DNA of 64,000 bases from Tubulanus polymorphus (GCF_964204645.1 NC_134027.1:7224485-7288484), one strand, 5' to 3'; shown: positions 29,607 through 45,300, counted from the stretch's first letter. Numbers and translations: made by a program. Notes: generated from the letters alone by a model not told the origin.

Positions 29607-31236
29607 CGAATTCCGGATATATTTTTTCTGTAGGGAAAAATCTCTGATGATAAGATTTCGACTAATCCTGAAACTGTTCGATTGATGAATATGAAATATT
29701 ATCAATTGTGGGATCATCTAATGATTACATAAGGGAATTTTCTTTCCCGGGTCAAGGAAAGACCAGGAAATTTTGGAATCTCTAGACCTAGTTCTACAGT
29801 AAAATTTGACTGTGAGCTACCTCCTCGAAAATAACTGATTTTAACTCATGGTCAAACTTACCTGAAAACTGTGGAACCAAGTCCTGATCTGTAAGAACCC
29901 TTACCAGGTACTGGTATTCATGCATCAATTCTACATCGAATGATTGTTAACAATACACTAATCACGTCATCAAAAAGCCGGACTTAACACATGATCAAGA
30001 AAACTAAACACTGCATGATTCAAAACCAACTGTTCATACAAAAATATCTATCGAGATCAACCCTTAAGACAATTAGAAATGGAAGATGGTTAGAAATATT
30101 AACTACAATTCTATCTCCGATAACAATATTTTCTAAGGCAAAAATGCAATAATCCTAATATGGTTACTTATAGCCCTTATACAATAAATAAGCTCTTGGA
30201 ATGATGAAAAGAATTTGAGGGAACCAATTTTGTTTTCAATCTTATACGGGGCGTCGATACTAACAATTCACAAACAGTAATATTCATTGTCAAGATGAAC
30301 GATACAAAATCTTCAAACACGTTAATAAACAATATTTTCATATATAAAATCAGCATAATGGAATTAATACATCAGTAGTACACAGCCATACCTCAACAAG
30401 CATCCAATTGTCTTATGACACCACTCAATATTGATATGTATATTATAAATCATAACGGCCTAAAATACGTACAAAGAAGGAAAATACTGAGTGCGATTGG
30501 AGTGCAAATGAAGAACAGAGACATAGTCGAAATTCCTTCATTACAAGAGGAATGATAATCTAACTGACCGTCAAAATCAGTCGTTCAATTGAATAGACCG
30601 GGAGATCTAATAATCCGACACGAAGGAATGTTACTACCACCGAGATCTCACACTCATAAACATTTGCTCTCACACTCGATATAAATTGCTGCAGACATAA
30701 GTAAATTTCTGATGTTAGTTTTTTCCATATAAATGAATTATTCACGAGATGGTTGTCGTTAAAAACATTCATACGACGGCACTGTGCATCAACAACACCC
30801 ATTCACTAAGAGTTTTTTTTTACTGTGGCCACTGATAGAGAGTTTTGCACAGAATGCACCATACTTCTTACTAATGGAATTGATATATGATTGACGACAG
30901 CATTTTTTTAAAGTATGACAGAGGCAGCACATCGAGAAAGCACATAACGTTAGATCTGAGACTGCAACAAGAATGATGCTAGATAATGATCCAGGCAATG
31001 ATAGCGGCAACGGTGACGTCTATTTTCAGTAGGCTGATCAAAATTTTAAAACTCTATTGAGACATCGTAAATGGATCCATTAAGCCTACACTCACGCAGA
31101 ATGCAGCAGCTTTATTTGGTGAAAAAATAAATTTCCACGATCGACATTTTCTTTCTGTAGATTAATCGCGATCTGAAAACACCTTGTTATTTGTTTCACT
31201 GAGGAACCGGACAATTGGAAGTTAAGATATAATTCC

Positions 31237-34200
31237 CTAGACAAATGTTGATAATGCTGACGGAGCATTTGGATCATTCGGACTTGGAATATATTCGGAA
31301 CCCTCGTGTTTTTTGCCACCGTATTGCCCGATAAAAGAGCCATCCTCATTGAATTTACTTGGGTCATTCTCGGCATACTCGTTCATGCTGTCGGTGTCGC
31401 TGGCCACTGGTTTTAAGATGCTGTCGATGGACTCTTTACTTTTCATGTAGTTATTGTCGCGTTCGTGTCTAAAAGAGAAAGGACAATAAAATCAGGATTT
31501 AATCAGCTATCAAAAGTTCAGCAGTCATGATGGACATCATGTTCTTAGTAGTGAGGGTGCAATGCATGCTACAAAAAATGAAAAGACAAACATCGTTTTG
31601 TACAAGATAAAATTCCTGAAATAGTATGACAAATTACAGCTTCCTTCTGAGGAAATACATGTTCAGAAGGCTCCGCTCAAGTCTAATCTCTTAGGAATGT
31701 AGGAATTTATTCAACTTGAGCGATATCCAAGTTAGATGCGATATATGATACATGCGCAGGATCATAAAAAAATCATTTTTACATCTAAGTAATCTTAGTC
31801 TAATCGAGTTGATCGAAATCAACTTGAGTGGAACCTTCAGTGTCTATCATAAACAGCTTATTATTGCAAAACTGACATTTACAGTATGTAAAAAACTACA
31901 TCAAAATAACAAATTACATGAAACATGTACATAAAAAATATGGCTAATTTAGGGTGATAAGTTTTCATCGAATCATGTAAACTAGACAAAATATGGACAT
32001 ATGACACAAGTGCAAAACTAAGATCTGACAAAATGACCACTAAAAATAAGATGACTAAACAGAACAAAAAAATTGTACTGGAATCCTAGCGAACTGGTAC
32101 AAAAAGACAGGAACTAAAACTGAACTAGAGGCAAACAACAAGCAAAGTAGCAAACACTGCCACTTACTCCTGTACATACTCTCCAAATTGTGCCCGTTCA
32201 CGTGCTTCTTCACGACCACGTAACATTTCCTTCTCTTGAACTGAAAACCGAATACATGAAATACCGAGGTCTTTAAGCAATAGTAATGTATAGCTGGCCA
32301 TAACCAGGCGCATTATCTGCCGCAGTATTTCTCAGTGACAAACCGCATTAGATCCATCACACTAACAAACCTCCACCAGACATTTTAATAACAAATGCAA
32401 CAATTTCCTTCATCATTAACTGAAATCAATGAAAATGTGAAAATGATAACATTTGGAGTCTTACCCGGATATTTTCCACCGCGATTACGCTGAATGAAGC
32501 ATACTACTATGACCAGTATGATCAACAATGCGAGTAAGACGAGCAAAATGATGAACCACGTCGCCGTGCCGATGCTTGCGGTCGATGCAGAATAACCGAG
32601 TAATGTAATCTCTTGCAGATCACTTGGTGCTTCTTCATTCTGTCCATTACGGGCGATAACACGTACCTGATACGCAACGCCTGGATCGAGGCCTGTCACA
32701 TTGATCCAGTTACGCATGGTTTCAGCAGCAGTGTTCAACCAAACAGATGATCCTGGAAAAATATTTCAGAACCACAATTAACTATCCATTTTCCTGTGAT
32801 TTCAAGCAGTCACAAAGAGAGCCTTATCTTCAAATTTTACTCATCAGCCATAAATATGCATAGTTTTTTCACAGATAGTTTGTAGGATATATACATGTAT
32901 ACACGTACATAACATCTTAAGCACATTTACCTTTCTTTCTGTATTGGGTATAAAACACACTTCCAGGATTTCCAGTCCTTGATGGAGTCCAACTTACATT
33001 AACATAAGACTCTCCAACATCCATGATGGAGAAACTTGGTGGGTTAGGCGCTAGAATATAAGAGAAAAATCTAAAATAAAAAAACGCTTTCAACTAGGTG
33101 GCAACTCTTAGTATGGATGTCGACAAAAGATTATATGACCCAAGTACTTGGATAAACACTTGTGTCGCTTATGACATACAGATTGACTACCAATATGACT
33201 AAATGAACTCAACAACTCCAATGAAAAAATATACATGTACATGTACTAAAAATATCGAGCAATTTCTTGTTTGAATTAAATTGTCAATTCATATGCTTAC
33301 CTCCCAGTAAAGAAGCTAATGTTGTCAAAGTTATATTTATCAAAGACATTTTGTAATCCGATCAATTCTATCAGTAACAGTAAAGGTTTGTAAACCTTTT
33401 TCACTGACACAATATCAACTCTGCACAAACAGCACAAATCTCCCACTATTTCCTTATGTGAATAAAATCACCGTATCAAACAAAAAATAAATCCAGAAAT
33501 TTTGTTTTCTTATGAACTATACTTTCATGAAATCAACTCATATGAAAATTCCAATACTTCAGACAGGCTGCGTATCAAGCTGACATTATGGAGTCGATAT
33601 AGAGTCGAAGCTAATAACCAAATATGCCTAATTACAGATTATCCTTAACAACCCATGTAAAAAGCCACATGAGACCGGCTAGTCTCATCCTAATGAGAAA
33701 TTAACCCTTTACGTCCTTGAGAACCAGATGCACTGATCAATTAGTTTACCTTAATTCCTTAAGTCTTTTTGTATTAATAGAACTACATGTTTAACGAAGT
33801 GTTTTCATCAGATCAAATGATATAACATTCATTCGAGGATGCTTTGTAGAAATCAAACATTCTAACCACTTATAAAGAGTTAAATCCATCAGTCCGACAA
33901 TCATTATGCTTCATTGACACTCATCATGTAATCAACAGGATGAGCAGATGAGCTCTACCACTGCCCAACATTCCACAAAATTATCGTTTGAAATCAATTC
34001 AATTTAAAGCTATTGCCTGTTGCATGATTCATTTAGACAATGTTGACTGCTAATGGCATGGGTCGAAGTGTGCCTAAATGCCATTAACAATACTATACAA
34101 CCGTTTGATAAAAAAATTGATCCCGTGCAAAGTTTAACAGATTACCGTAAACAATACAAAAGTGATCAGAAAGCTTAACTTACGTCCAGTAGGTGTTGTA

Positions 34201-37200
34201 GGAACATCGAGGAACGTTTCAGCACCAGTGCCCACCTTGGTTCGGGCAGCGATAAATACGCGATATGTCTGTTCAGGTCGCAGTCCCGATATCCTTCCGG
34301 TAAGAATATTTGGGTCATTGATATTGTCTGCCAACTCCCGATATTCAACATCGAGTCCATTAACTGTGAAGAGGGAATGTTTACAACTGATGTGACATAT
34401 ACATTCTTTGATTTATAATCATCACTTATATATACCGGTAATATGTTATTTACCTTTTTGGTAATAAAGACTGTATCCAATTAAAATACCATTAGGTTCT
34501 TCGGGTTTATTCCATTTGAATGTCAACGTGTTAGCATTTCTACTAAGAGACTGGAATCCAATGACCGGACCAGGCTCTAAAATACATTACGTCAATCATT
34601 AATATAATAGGACTGCATTATTTGAACAAATTACTCACTGTAATTGTTGTACTCACTGGCGCGATCAGAAACATAGAAGATTTGAAGTGAAAGGATATGG
34701 CATGGATTACTTGGCTTTTAGATGGAAAAAATCTTATGTAAATACTTACTTCCTTCTTTTGTTTCGACAGTAACGGGATCAGATGGTGGACCAGTATAAC
34801 GCTTGTTTCTCACCATGACGGTCACAATAACTGTGGAATACGGCGGCAAATCTTCAATGATTCTTTCCTCTAGGTTTGAGTCAACTGCTCGTTTGTTACG
34901 TCCGCTGAATGACTGTGGTTTGTTGATTATGATGTCTGTGTAGCGTTTATCAGCTGGATCACTTTGTCTATAATACTGGACCTTTAGATCAAAAAAACAT
35001 TCAATCTGCAATGAATAACTAACTAAAAATGTCTACTAAATGATCGCTGTTTTGCTATAACTACCTCCAATCAAAAGAATCTAACGTGGAGTGGGATGAG
35101 GATTTCAAAACTAGGAAATTCATAATACCGGTAATCTATGTACTGTATGTCATTTTCAAACTCACCCTATAACCAACAAAAAATCCTTTGACTTTATCCG
35201 GACTCGGGTCGACCTTGTTCCATATGAATTTAGCCTTTCGGTCAGTGACCGGAAAAGAGAGGTCAAGTCTGAAATTCTGTACTTTTTCCGAGGGCTCTAA
35301 AAAAAGTAATTACATAGAACATTAAACAAGGGCTAGACCTTTTGATGTTGAATCATGTCAGTAACACATTTAGCACATACCATCTTCACCAGAAAATCCA
35401 ATCACAATAGGAGGAGTGACTCGACTTTGACCTCTTGAATTACCAGCTCGAACTGTTATTTCAAATTTTGTATACGTGGGCAAATTATCGACAACATAAC
35501 GACCTTTATTCAGCATGTCCGTCACTTTAACTATCCTTTCCAGGTTTTCGTTATTGTTGTTTAGGGCTGGATCACACTTTTCAAGGTTATCTATACATTT
35601 CCATTCTACTTCATAGTAAAATCCAACACCATTTCGATCGATCATAGGCATAGGCTAGAAAAAATTTATGACACTTGAACAATTCCATAAAGCCTAAATA
35701 ATATATACTTGTACTTTCATCATTTTCTTATGACAAATTTCAGATTGAAAATAATACTTACAGACCACATGATGATCATATTGCGCGGCTGGTCACCCTC
35801 GCCCCGTACAAACTTCGGGTTCTGATCCGGTACATCTTCCAGCGTTCGACACGTTTTTGAACTATGTTTACTCGGAGGACTTGGTCCGATACGGTTCTTA
35901 GCGATAACACGGAACGTATAGTTAGCGAATGGTGACAGCTGCACCAACATCTCAGTCCTCTGATTACCCTCAGGAGTGTTATAATCAGGATTGTTTGCTG
36001 GTGACATCGTCGTCCACTGGTCTGGCGTGAATGTGGTATTGTATTGCACGATGTACTCCAGTATTGGAGCGTAATTATCACCATCCGGTTTCCATTTGAT
36101 CAACGCCTGGTTTTCCTTTTTATACGTCTGGCAATCGACGAAATCAACAATTGGTGGTCTTGGACGGTCTGAATATTAAATGATTAAGTTTAATACGCTA
36201 GTATCGGATAACTATGGTATACCCGGTAATAACTATGGTGTCCGCTCATTGAAAGTGTGCAGACCAATGCTTTGGAATGTTTTACCTGATAGTTATCAAT
36301 AAAATTCTAGAATAAGGCACCAAATATGGTAAACAATAATAATACTTCACACAAATTCAACCACAGCAACGGATTGTAATGAACTAGAACACTGCATGAT
36401 ACCTTGAACTGTAAGATAAGCTTTGGCCTCCACCGAATCTAAACCATTTGAAGCTACACAAGTGTAACGTCCAGTATCTGACACAATAGTTCCACTGATA
36501 GTCAGAGAATCATCCAGCGTATTCTTAAACACACGTTGAACCAACTGATAATTGATAAAATCATCATCTTTTTTCCAGTTCACTTGTAAATTTCCTATCT
36601 CTTCCGGATCAGTAGTAGCCGTGCAAACGAATTTCGCCTCTTCGCCAGCGATGATTTTAATATCCTGCGGTTTCGTTTGAATTGTAGTTCGTTCTGAAAA
36701 ATTGAAATTCAAATTGTGAAACAAAATTCGAAGTTATTCTATGATTTAACAGAGCATTATTACATTGAACAATAGAAGCACTTACGTCGCACTTGCACCA
36801 TTCCCCAATTAGACACTTTACCAAATTTATTTTTTGCTATACAAGTATAATTGCCAGCATCTGTTGCCACTACATTCTACAATGAAGAATCATTACCATA
36901 TAAGCTATAAGCAGAAATCATAAAATTTAATTTAAAGGATCCAACTGAATAGAGGACCTGCTTCTGACAACAACAAAAAACAAACTTAAGGTTTATATCT
37001 GACCTGTATCACTAGATCTCCACTAGACTGTACTAAATAGCGTCCACCAGTCAAGGGAGTACCTTCTTTAAACCACGAAACCTTCGCTTTAGGAGCTCCA
37101 AATGTTTGACATGTAATCGTTATTTCCTGGCCTTCTGCAACTTTGCTCTTTCTAGCCGGTGGCAGAGTGAAACTAGGAGGTTCAGCTTTAGAAACAGAAA

Positions 37201-40088
37201 ACGAAGAAGTGTTATCACCACAAAATTGACAATTACAATTATTTGATATTGATGCGGTTGACTTACCGAGTACGTTCAAGTATGCGTTGGCAAACACATA
37301 ACCATGATTATTGGATGCATTACACTGTAATACCTGCGCATCGGTCTTTGAAAGGTTAACATAGGTGATGTTATGACCTCTCACCAGTCTACGATTGTTT
37401 GGCGGCGATTCTGAAATCCAGAATTGAAAGCGTTAAAGATAACAATGAATTATCCCACAGGCACTTTGAATATAGGTTTAGATAATAGAAATAATGGCTC
37501 GTCATTGGCACTACCCATTGGCACTATTGGGAAATACCAAAATTCATCTCCAGGATTGCTGTGATGTCAGTTGTCCCGACTCCGGTGGGTGTTAGCTAAG
37601 TATTACAGAGATGGGATCCTGCCATTCTGTATAGTAAAGTTAGACTAAGGGTGCGCATTGGATCATGGGTACATGCATTTTGGATCTTGGGTAATTTCAT
37701 AGATGGTTTTAACGCCCATACAAGTGATGATTATCCCTAGAACTCAGTATTGAATAGGATATTCAAAATGATAACTTTTATGAAAGAGAATTTAAAGCCT
37801 TTATTGAGTTATGCTTGTCAATCATTGTTTATTGACAGTGAATACATACGGTTTATGGGAACTCCATTTATGAACCATTTTATAGTAGGTTGCGGGCGAC
37901 CACCAGCTCGACAAATAAACGATGCTGATTCAGTTTCAGCCATAATTTGATCACTTGGTTTTGTAATCCAAAATGGCGCCTCTGAAAACAATAAATACCG
38001 TAGAAAATATAGTTGCAATAACAGGATTTCTGTTAAGGTTATTTGAGTTATGGAGATGGAATGGAAGTCATGTTATGTAGACGGCACTGTAACAGGTTAA
38101 CATCAAAAGCAACACACCAACTTTATGACAACTTATGGTATTAGAGTTAATTTGTGTCTGAATCTTATTTGGTTTCGGTCACGCCTATGCCATTAATCAA
38201 GAGTGTGGAATGGTGGAAAATTGAGAACAATAAACACAAGGAAAATAATAGGGCTGTTTTAAAGCAGCAGAAACTCTAAATTGTAGCCATCCAGTCAATA
38301 CAGAATAATTCCATTGAATGCATACCTTCAACTTTAACTGTGTAAGAAAATGATTCTGGAACACTGCCCAGTTCATTTTGTCCACGACACTGGTATGTCC
38401 CAGAATCTTTCACTTTGATATGTCGGAAAATCATTTCCTGTCCGTAGCTTTCGTAGTAAACCTCTGGTTTGCCAGGCATCGTCCCATCCGTTTTGAACCA
38501 AGAAACCTTCGGGGTCGGTCTGTGGAGAAAATTTTGTTCCGGTTTCAGAGGCATCTTTGCTAAGGGTACTTATTAAGTAATTACTCTTAAGGGTTGAACC
38601 TATTGAAACATTAATTCAAAATGTTTGATGATATTTCAAGTCACTTACTGTCCGGAGAAGATACACTTGAGCTTAAAAGGTTTGCCAGCGACCGCTTTCC
38701 ATTCCGTACTGGGCGTTGTCCACAGACGTTTTGGAGTCGATCGTTCAGGTTCCGCTGTAATATGAAATAATGTTAATGAAAATTTTTTGTTCATCGACAT
38801 GCCCATGTGTCTACTTCACTGGCTTTTCACTCAAACAATAACATAACTTAAACGTAACAAATAACTTTCACGAATGAATATCTCAATAACACATGAACAT
38901 AGTCCTCTACAACTTACAGCCTTCGACGATAATTCTGCTGTCTGCTCCTTGCACGAAAGTACGTAGCACTGTATTATCTGCGACACAGACATATTTACTG
39001 CCATCGGGAAGTTGATCTGATTTTTTCACATTTGTAAAGTAAAGGGCGCCTACAAAAAACAAATGAGTAGTGACTTAACAATTGCCTAATCAATATATTC
39101 CAAATTCATTCAATATATAATATTATCTATTGAGAAAAATATCACATGAGTTCAACGAAATTTTTACTTATATTAAAAAAATAGATAAAATCTGGCAGAT
39201 TTGTAGTGGACGTTGTTCGAAGGCATACCTTCCTGATCCATTGTTACTCGGTTGTTTAAAATCAACTGTTTGAAGCCCGTCGTTTCAGATACGACAGCCC
39301 AGAACATGTCAGCTGGAGGGAAACTCTTCGGCGATGCGCACGGTATCGACAGAGCTTTACCGATCTGTACGCGATACGTCTTCAAACTTGTATCTTTAAA
39401 TGGCTGTAGCACTGTGGAATAGAAAAATCAATCAATCAATAGGCAACAAAAGATAATATCACCAGGTAACATCCATGAACAATCACCAAACACGTAGATT
39501 TTAATAGTAATATTTAGATACCAGGACTGGGTTTCATAAATGTCGAAGCAAAATAGTCCCTCAGAACATTTTGAAATTTATCAGTTATAACCATGGTTTC
39601 TTATTGTTACTATGGTGGTTGTTACCCAGATTGAGAATCTATTCCTAGGGATAACTTTGACACCAGTCTATGAAGCCGATCCCAAGAATACAATCATTAA
39701 TGAACATACCGGCTACAATAAGAATGGTTCGTAATGAGGCCGCTGTTCCGTATTCGTTCGTCGCGAAACACTGATATACACCTTCATCCATCTTCAATGG
39801 ACGGTTGAACACGATTGTACCGGAATCCGGCTGTTGCGTAAGACGACCTGCCAAACCATTCACATCAAACGGTTTGTTGTTTAGTCTCCATTCATATCTG
39901 AAATGAAGATTATAACGATCAAACGTCTATCGTCCGACAGGTAGAGCTTACGATTTTAGAAATATTCTATGCATGGCTTACCGAGGTTTCGGATCACCTA
40001 TAGCGACGCAGGGTAGTTCAACGCTTTCTCCTAAACGATACGCAATTACTTCTCGTGAACGACTCTTAATCTTCGGTGGGGTTGAAGC
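31237..40088 (-). CDS. Nrg: Neuroglian / L1-family cell adhesion molecule (6 Ig + 5 FN3 + TM + ankyrin-binding tail); signal-peptide exon upstream and unresolved
   Basis: Ig1 starts STPPKIKSRSREVIAYRLGESVELPCVAIGDPKP (40088). Ig exons carry DEGVYQCFATN, DSGTYQC, LQCNASNNHGYVFANAYLNV and DTGRYTC. FN3 exons include LSPFANYTFRVIAKNRIG. TM ATWFIILLVLLALLIILVIVVCFIQRNRGGKYP; tail FGEY..KFNEDGSFIGQY..STFV*. Confidence 0.95.
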
Positions 40089-42050
40089 TTAAATGAAAAG
40101 TAAAATCCAAGAATATGTTAATTTTCATTTTCTGATTGGTTAAAGATATAGCTCTAACAAATTCTTACATTATGAATTTAAACGCAAGTACACCATCTTT
40201 AAGTGAACTGATATTCACGTGGCAATCAAAATGCTTAAACAACTGATGTGTTTAAGGTTTGTGATGTATATTGCTCTGTAAAGCCAAAATATACCGTACA
40301 TACCGTATTTACATCATATTTTCATGAGTTATTAGTAAAGAAGTTAGTTTTTCAACATATTTCATGACTACTATCTTTCGTTTCAATCTCTATTCCATAA
40401 TAACAAAGAAACAAAAAACAATCATTCAATATCAAGCCATCGGTTGCTGAACTCGTTTCTCAGGTTGATGTGAATGATGTTGTAGAATTTAACCAGGATT
40501 AAGAACTGAAAGGGTTAATACGAACGAATAACATCAATTTCAGACTAAATTCATTAGTTAGTCAGGAGATTCATTGAAGAGTTGTGCAAATTACATCTAA
40601 ATACATAGATAACGAACTTAGTGCATCAAAATGATAAATTTAAAAATTCAGGTAATCGACGTGTTTGCAACTACTTCGAATGTAATAGTGCTTTTACAGA
40701 TGAAGAGCAGGGATGGGAGGTGGTAATTATAGTCCAAACAACGATCATCATCAGTACATGAGCAATTTTCAAATAACTAGCCAGCAAAATAATGCTTACA
40801 GGGTGGCCACTAATGTTAGATTTGCTTTTTCTCGCAGTGGAGAAGAATTGGGCTGTAAAATTTGGTGTGTTCCCAGTCTCCACCGGTACAGGTTATCAAG
40901 TTCATTTGGTCTCCACGGGCACGGGCATAGCACATAATTTCTAGATGGTGCGACTTAATTCCATGGCCAAAAAATCGATAAGTTCTGTGCTAAAAAAATC
41001 ACCCTTGATTTCCACGGGTATTACTCTAAGTTTCGTAGTATCAGAAATTTCATTAATTCTCATTGAGCATGACAAATCAGCATGCAGGTCTCGTTATCGG
41101 AATTTTCATCTTGAACCAATGAATATTTATAAGTGAAACATTTAGAATTAACACATTTGAGAAATCGAACAAAGTTACTACCGGCACCTATTGTTGAATA
41201 AGAGGGAAATGAGCTTGCTGGTTACATGCATATCTATCAAAATCTCATACAAAAATTGAATGAATGATGATGGCTGAATTTTCTAACCAAATCCAATTAG
41301 CAGATTTTCAGTGATGATGAAATACTATGTAGGCCTACAAGATAACTTTTTCACTTCAGCAGACTGCCTGCTGTGCCGTATGTACTTTATAATAGTTCAT
41401 AAAAAAGTTCATTTTGATGGCAGAAACTGCTAGCTGATGAAAACTGAACGCAATATATATAGTTTTATAGTTTTTTACGCATATATCTTACACAGTCTAA
41501 ATATTCTGACACATAAAATAACTTTTGAACACGTGCTTCTGAAGTAATCATTCTCACTACACTAAGGGATAAACACACACCATTTTATATGAATATCAAA
41601 TTCTTATATATAATTCCAGGACACAAAACTCTTCATGCACTTTCATCTGGCTCACTCCAATCAAATGTTTCATGTCGCTAAATCAGAGCTAATGTTATTA
41701 GTACAGTAACAACTGACATACATAACTACTAAAATGATAACAGGAATAACCATCCACGAAAATACAAAATTGTGTTTTCAGTCCAATTGAGATAGGACAG
41801 TAGATAGATCGTCCACTTAGCATTATATCACGATGCATTTACAATCGAACCTGTTTAATCAGGATCATAACATGTACATAAAATATGATGTTTAATCCGG
41901 TTCAGACCCACCCAAAATGATCCGAACTAAGTGAGTTCTATAGTGTATAAGAAATACAGGAACAAATTTCAACAGTCGTGTTCAGGGGCCGGGGTAACTA
42001 TCGAGCATGTACCACGGCTCTCCCCCCAGATGTTTAGTGATCATTAAACC

Positions 42051-42327
42051 GGGCGTAGGTCGGCCTTGCAGCATGATGCGATCGTCACATTGCTTCACAA
42101 GTGGGGTGTTAGTGTCAACAACAGTGAGCGACTATTTTCTGTAGGTCGGTTGTGACTGAGGGAGCTAGCTGCGTCTCAGAAAGTAGAACACGTGCGACTC
42201 ATGATGACTAGCATCGCTGGTAGTCACAAACAATCAGCGGCAGTCAAAAAGGGAGCATAAGTCGGCGGGTCATTGCGAAGCGGTCATCACTGGCTGTCGC
42301 AGCGAGTCGCAAGGCTGACCTATGCCC
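42051..42327. mobile_element. MITE with 19-bp imperfect TIRs
   Basis: GGGCGTAGGTCGGCCTTGC / GCAAGGCTGACCTATGCCC; the interior is GC-richer than the flanks and rich in GTCGC/GCGAC submotifs. Confidence 0.65.
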
Positions 42328-45300
42328 ACCTTGAAGAGATTCATATCACTAGATGAATGGGTTCCTATTTAAGGCATTAATCTTCAATCATTGAATCTGA
42401 AACGATTTACAGATTTTAATTTCATCCAGAAAATATATCGATTAGAGCCAAATACAAAATCCATTCATCAGCCGAAGTGAGAATGGTTACTAATGGCATC
42501 CCTGCAGATAGTACACAATCACTATCACTTGCCTCCTTTACCCTGTTCTCAATTGAGATACCAACAAGACTTATCAAATACGACCATGACCTTAACGTTA
42601 ATTAAATGAGCCCCCCTCCCCCCCCCCCCCGACAGAGCTCAAACGAGATAATACAATAACTTCCAAACACTATCAACAACCTTTATGTATGAGTTGCATT
42701 TGAAAATGGTAGCTATGGGTTTCATAAGTGCCCCACCCTATACAATGCATACATGATATAATGTTGGACACTGGACATAGAAAGATTGGGAGGAATTTGT
42801 GTGTAACAGTCATGCTGCCACTTACGGTCTGTATTATAATCCATTCTCCATTTCACTAACGAAAACCACAACAGTGAGTGTTTTTTTTTTCAAATAACAT
42901 TAAGTACACAGTGCAAAAACTATTTTCCAGGATATGAACATATATACTCCGGACATTGGTACATTTCCTATGGCATGAGAACAGATTTTTGTCTTTTCTT
43001 GACCATCGATGGTAAAAAATAGTCCGAGAAACTTAAAGGCAGGAACGTTTTTTTAAATTTTCTGTTTCACTTGTGCTTAATGCAAAAACACGTGAACAGT
43101 ATAAATTGACGTTTGCAATATTTGTCTTATTCGCTGGCAGCAATAAACACTAACCTGCTAATGTGGATGCTATTATAACAATGAGTGTCAGTCCACCCAA
43201 AGGGACTCGTCTCCAATTCGTCATTCTGTTTCACAACCTGTCAACTCTGAAAAATAAATCCATGAGGACTACACAACTACTTATGTTGAAAAAAGTATGA
43301 TCCAGAGGGTCGCTTAGAAGTAAAAATATCGGAACATTTGGAACTTATCAGTAATCATAGTAGGTAAGAGTGAACCTCAACTCGACAACTCGATGTGCCT
43401 GACATTTACGAGAAAAAGAAGTTGGCGAATATGTCACCGGGTTAAATCCACTGAGAGACAGAGTAGGGGATCGGCTGGAAATCTGTTAAATAACATACAA
43501 AATCCATCATCGGCTCAGACAAAACGCTAAAACACGAAGCCTAACTAACACAGCTGTTCAAATATAATTCAACGTTAATAGTAATACATACCATATATAA
43601 ATGTATAAATTCCTCGCGTAACCTGCTTCTAAATTCCCTAAAAAATACAAATAAATACAGAATTATCTTAAGGCAATCAAAACAATTATTTTGCCATTGT
43701 CCACAAAATGCATATCCCTGTAATAGCCTTGATAAAAGAAGCTAGACCTACATTAGTGAAGACGAAACAGATAAAAATCACGATGATAACGATAAATCAG
43801 ACATTTTTTGGTCACCATGTTGGACAGACACTAGACGGATGGACACACCTCGATTTAGTCTAGTAATACCCAATAAATGGCAGCACCGTTCATCGCTGAA
43901 TTATTTACACCCGATAAAACACAGCTATGCTTTATAGCAGAGTTTTCAAAACCAGCAGAGAGCACAGACTTCGTACATCAACAATTAATAAGCAAAATAG
44001 AGATTACTATTACTACAACGTAGAGATTACTACTAAAATGATTAATTGCAAAAAACTTTCCTTTTATATAAAGGGGTGGAGATTATTCAATGATGAGATT
44101 ATTCAACGACGAGATTATTTCATCATCAAATTTTGACAGCTCAAAACAACCAACGCCTTAATCTGTGACCGAAGCTGGAATTTTACATAACTCAACAGAT
44201 CACACAAAAAATTTGATCGATTCATTCAGGTTTTACCTGTTTTAAACAGCCATTTAATCCATTGATTCTAATTCAATGAATAATGCAAATACTCCTTAAA
44301 GATATGGATCTTTCTAAATAAATACCCAAACTAATCGTCACATTAATCCCAACAGTTCATCGCTCACAGACATTGTATCCTCAAAATCAGTTTAAAGACA
44401 GGTAGTTGATAATCCTTTGATAGACCAACGTAATTCGGTGAGACAAAAATCACACCACACTAGTTGAAATGAATTATTCACTAAAACCTGTTATCAACAT
44501 CATTTCACAATCACTACAATCTAATATAGTCCAATAGAAACCACAACAAAATGACGCAAATGAATGACTAAAACGTTAAGAAATGTGACACAAACGTTTC
44601 ACTGACAGTACGTCCGCTGTGCCTGCGCATCTGCAGGAAGTGAGTCTGCCGTTCACTAAATTTCACCCACGCTGTTAATACTATAGCAACCAATAATGAT
44701 TGAATGATGCTATCGCTCGACTACAACGTGTACGTCTCACCAGCAGGTAAACCGAGTACGCAACAATTTTCTGGGTTTATTGAGGGTCACGTAACAGGAT
44801 ACTGCGACAAGCGAGGATTCCAGCAGGTCCGCTAATGGCATTGGGTTATTGCGCTTCAACGGGAAACCGACAACAGTACTGTGGCAAGCGAGGATTCTGC
44901 CAGGATCGCTAGTAGTTACTGGTTTACCGCGCTTAAATTCCTTCTACACTTCATTTAGATTAGAGTCAAGTTTTCAAGTGACGTTTTGAGATTTGGAAGC
45001 CAAGAATCAAGTTCAAATTTCATCGAAAATGAAATAATTATGAATAGCCCAGAGTTTTATGGCACCACATTGAGAGTGCCGGTACCCCAATCACCTTCTT
45101 TGTACTGTGGGCCTATATTTTTTGTATATTTCATAAGGGGACGTTGTTAATACTCGGCATACTAGATTTGTTTGTAATATATTTGAAGTACCCAGCCAAA
45201 CCCATAATATTTATACATTTTAAAATTCTCCAACGAAATTAATGGACAATGAATCACAAAAATTTGACGTTATCAGCTTAAAAATCCCTGTGGTTCGGCG

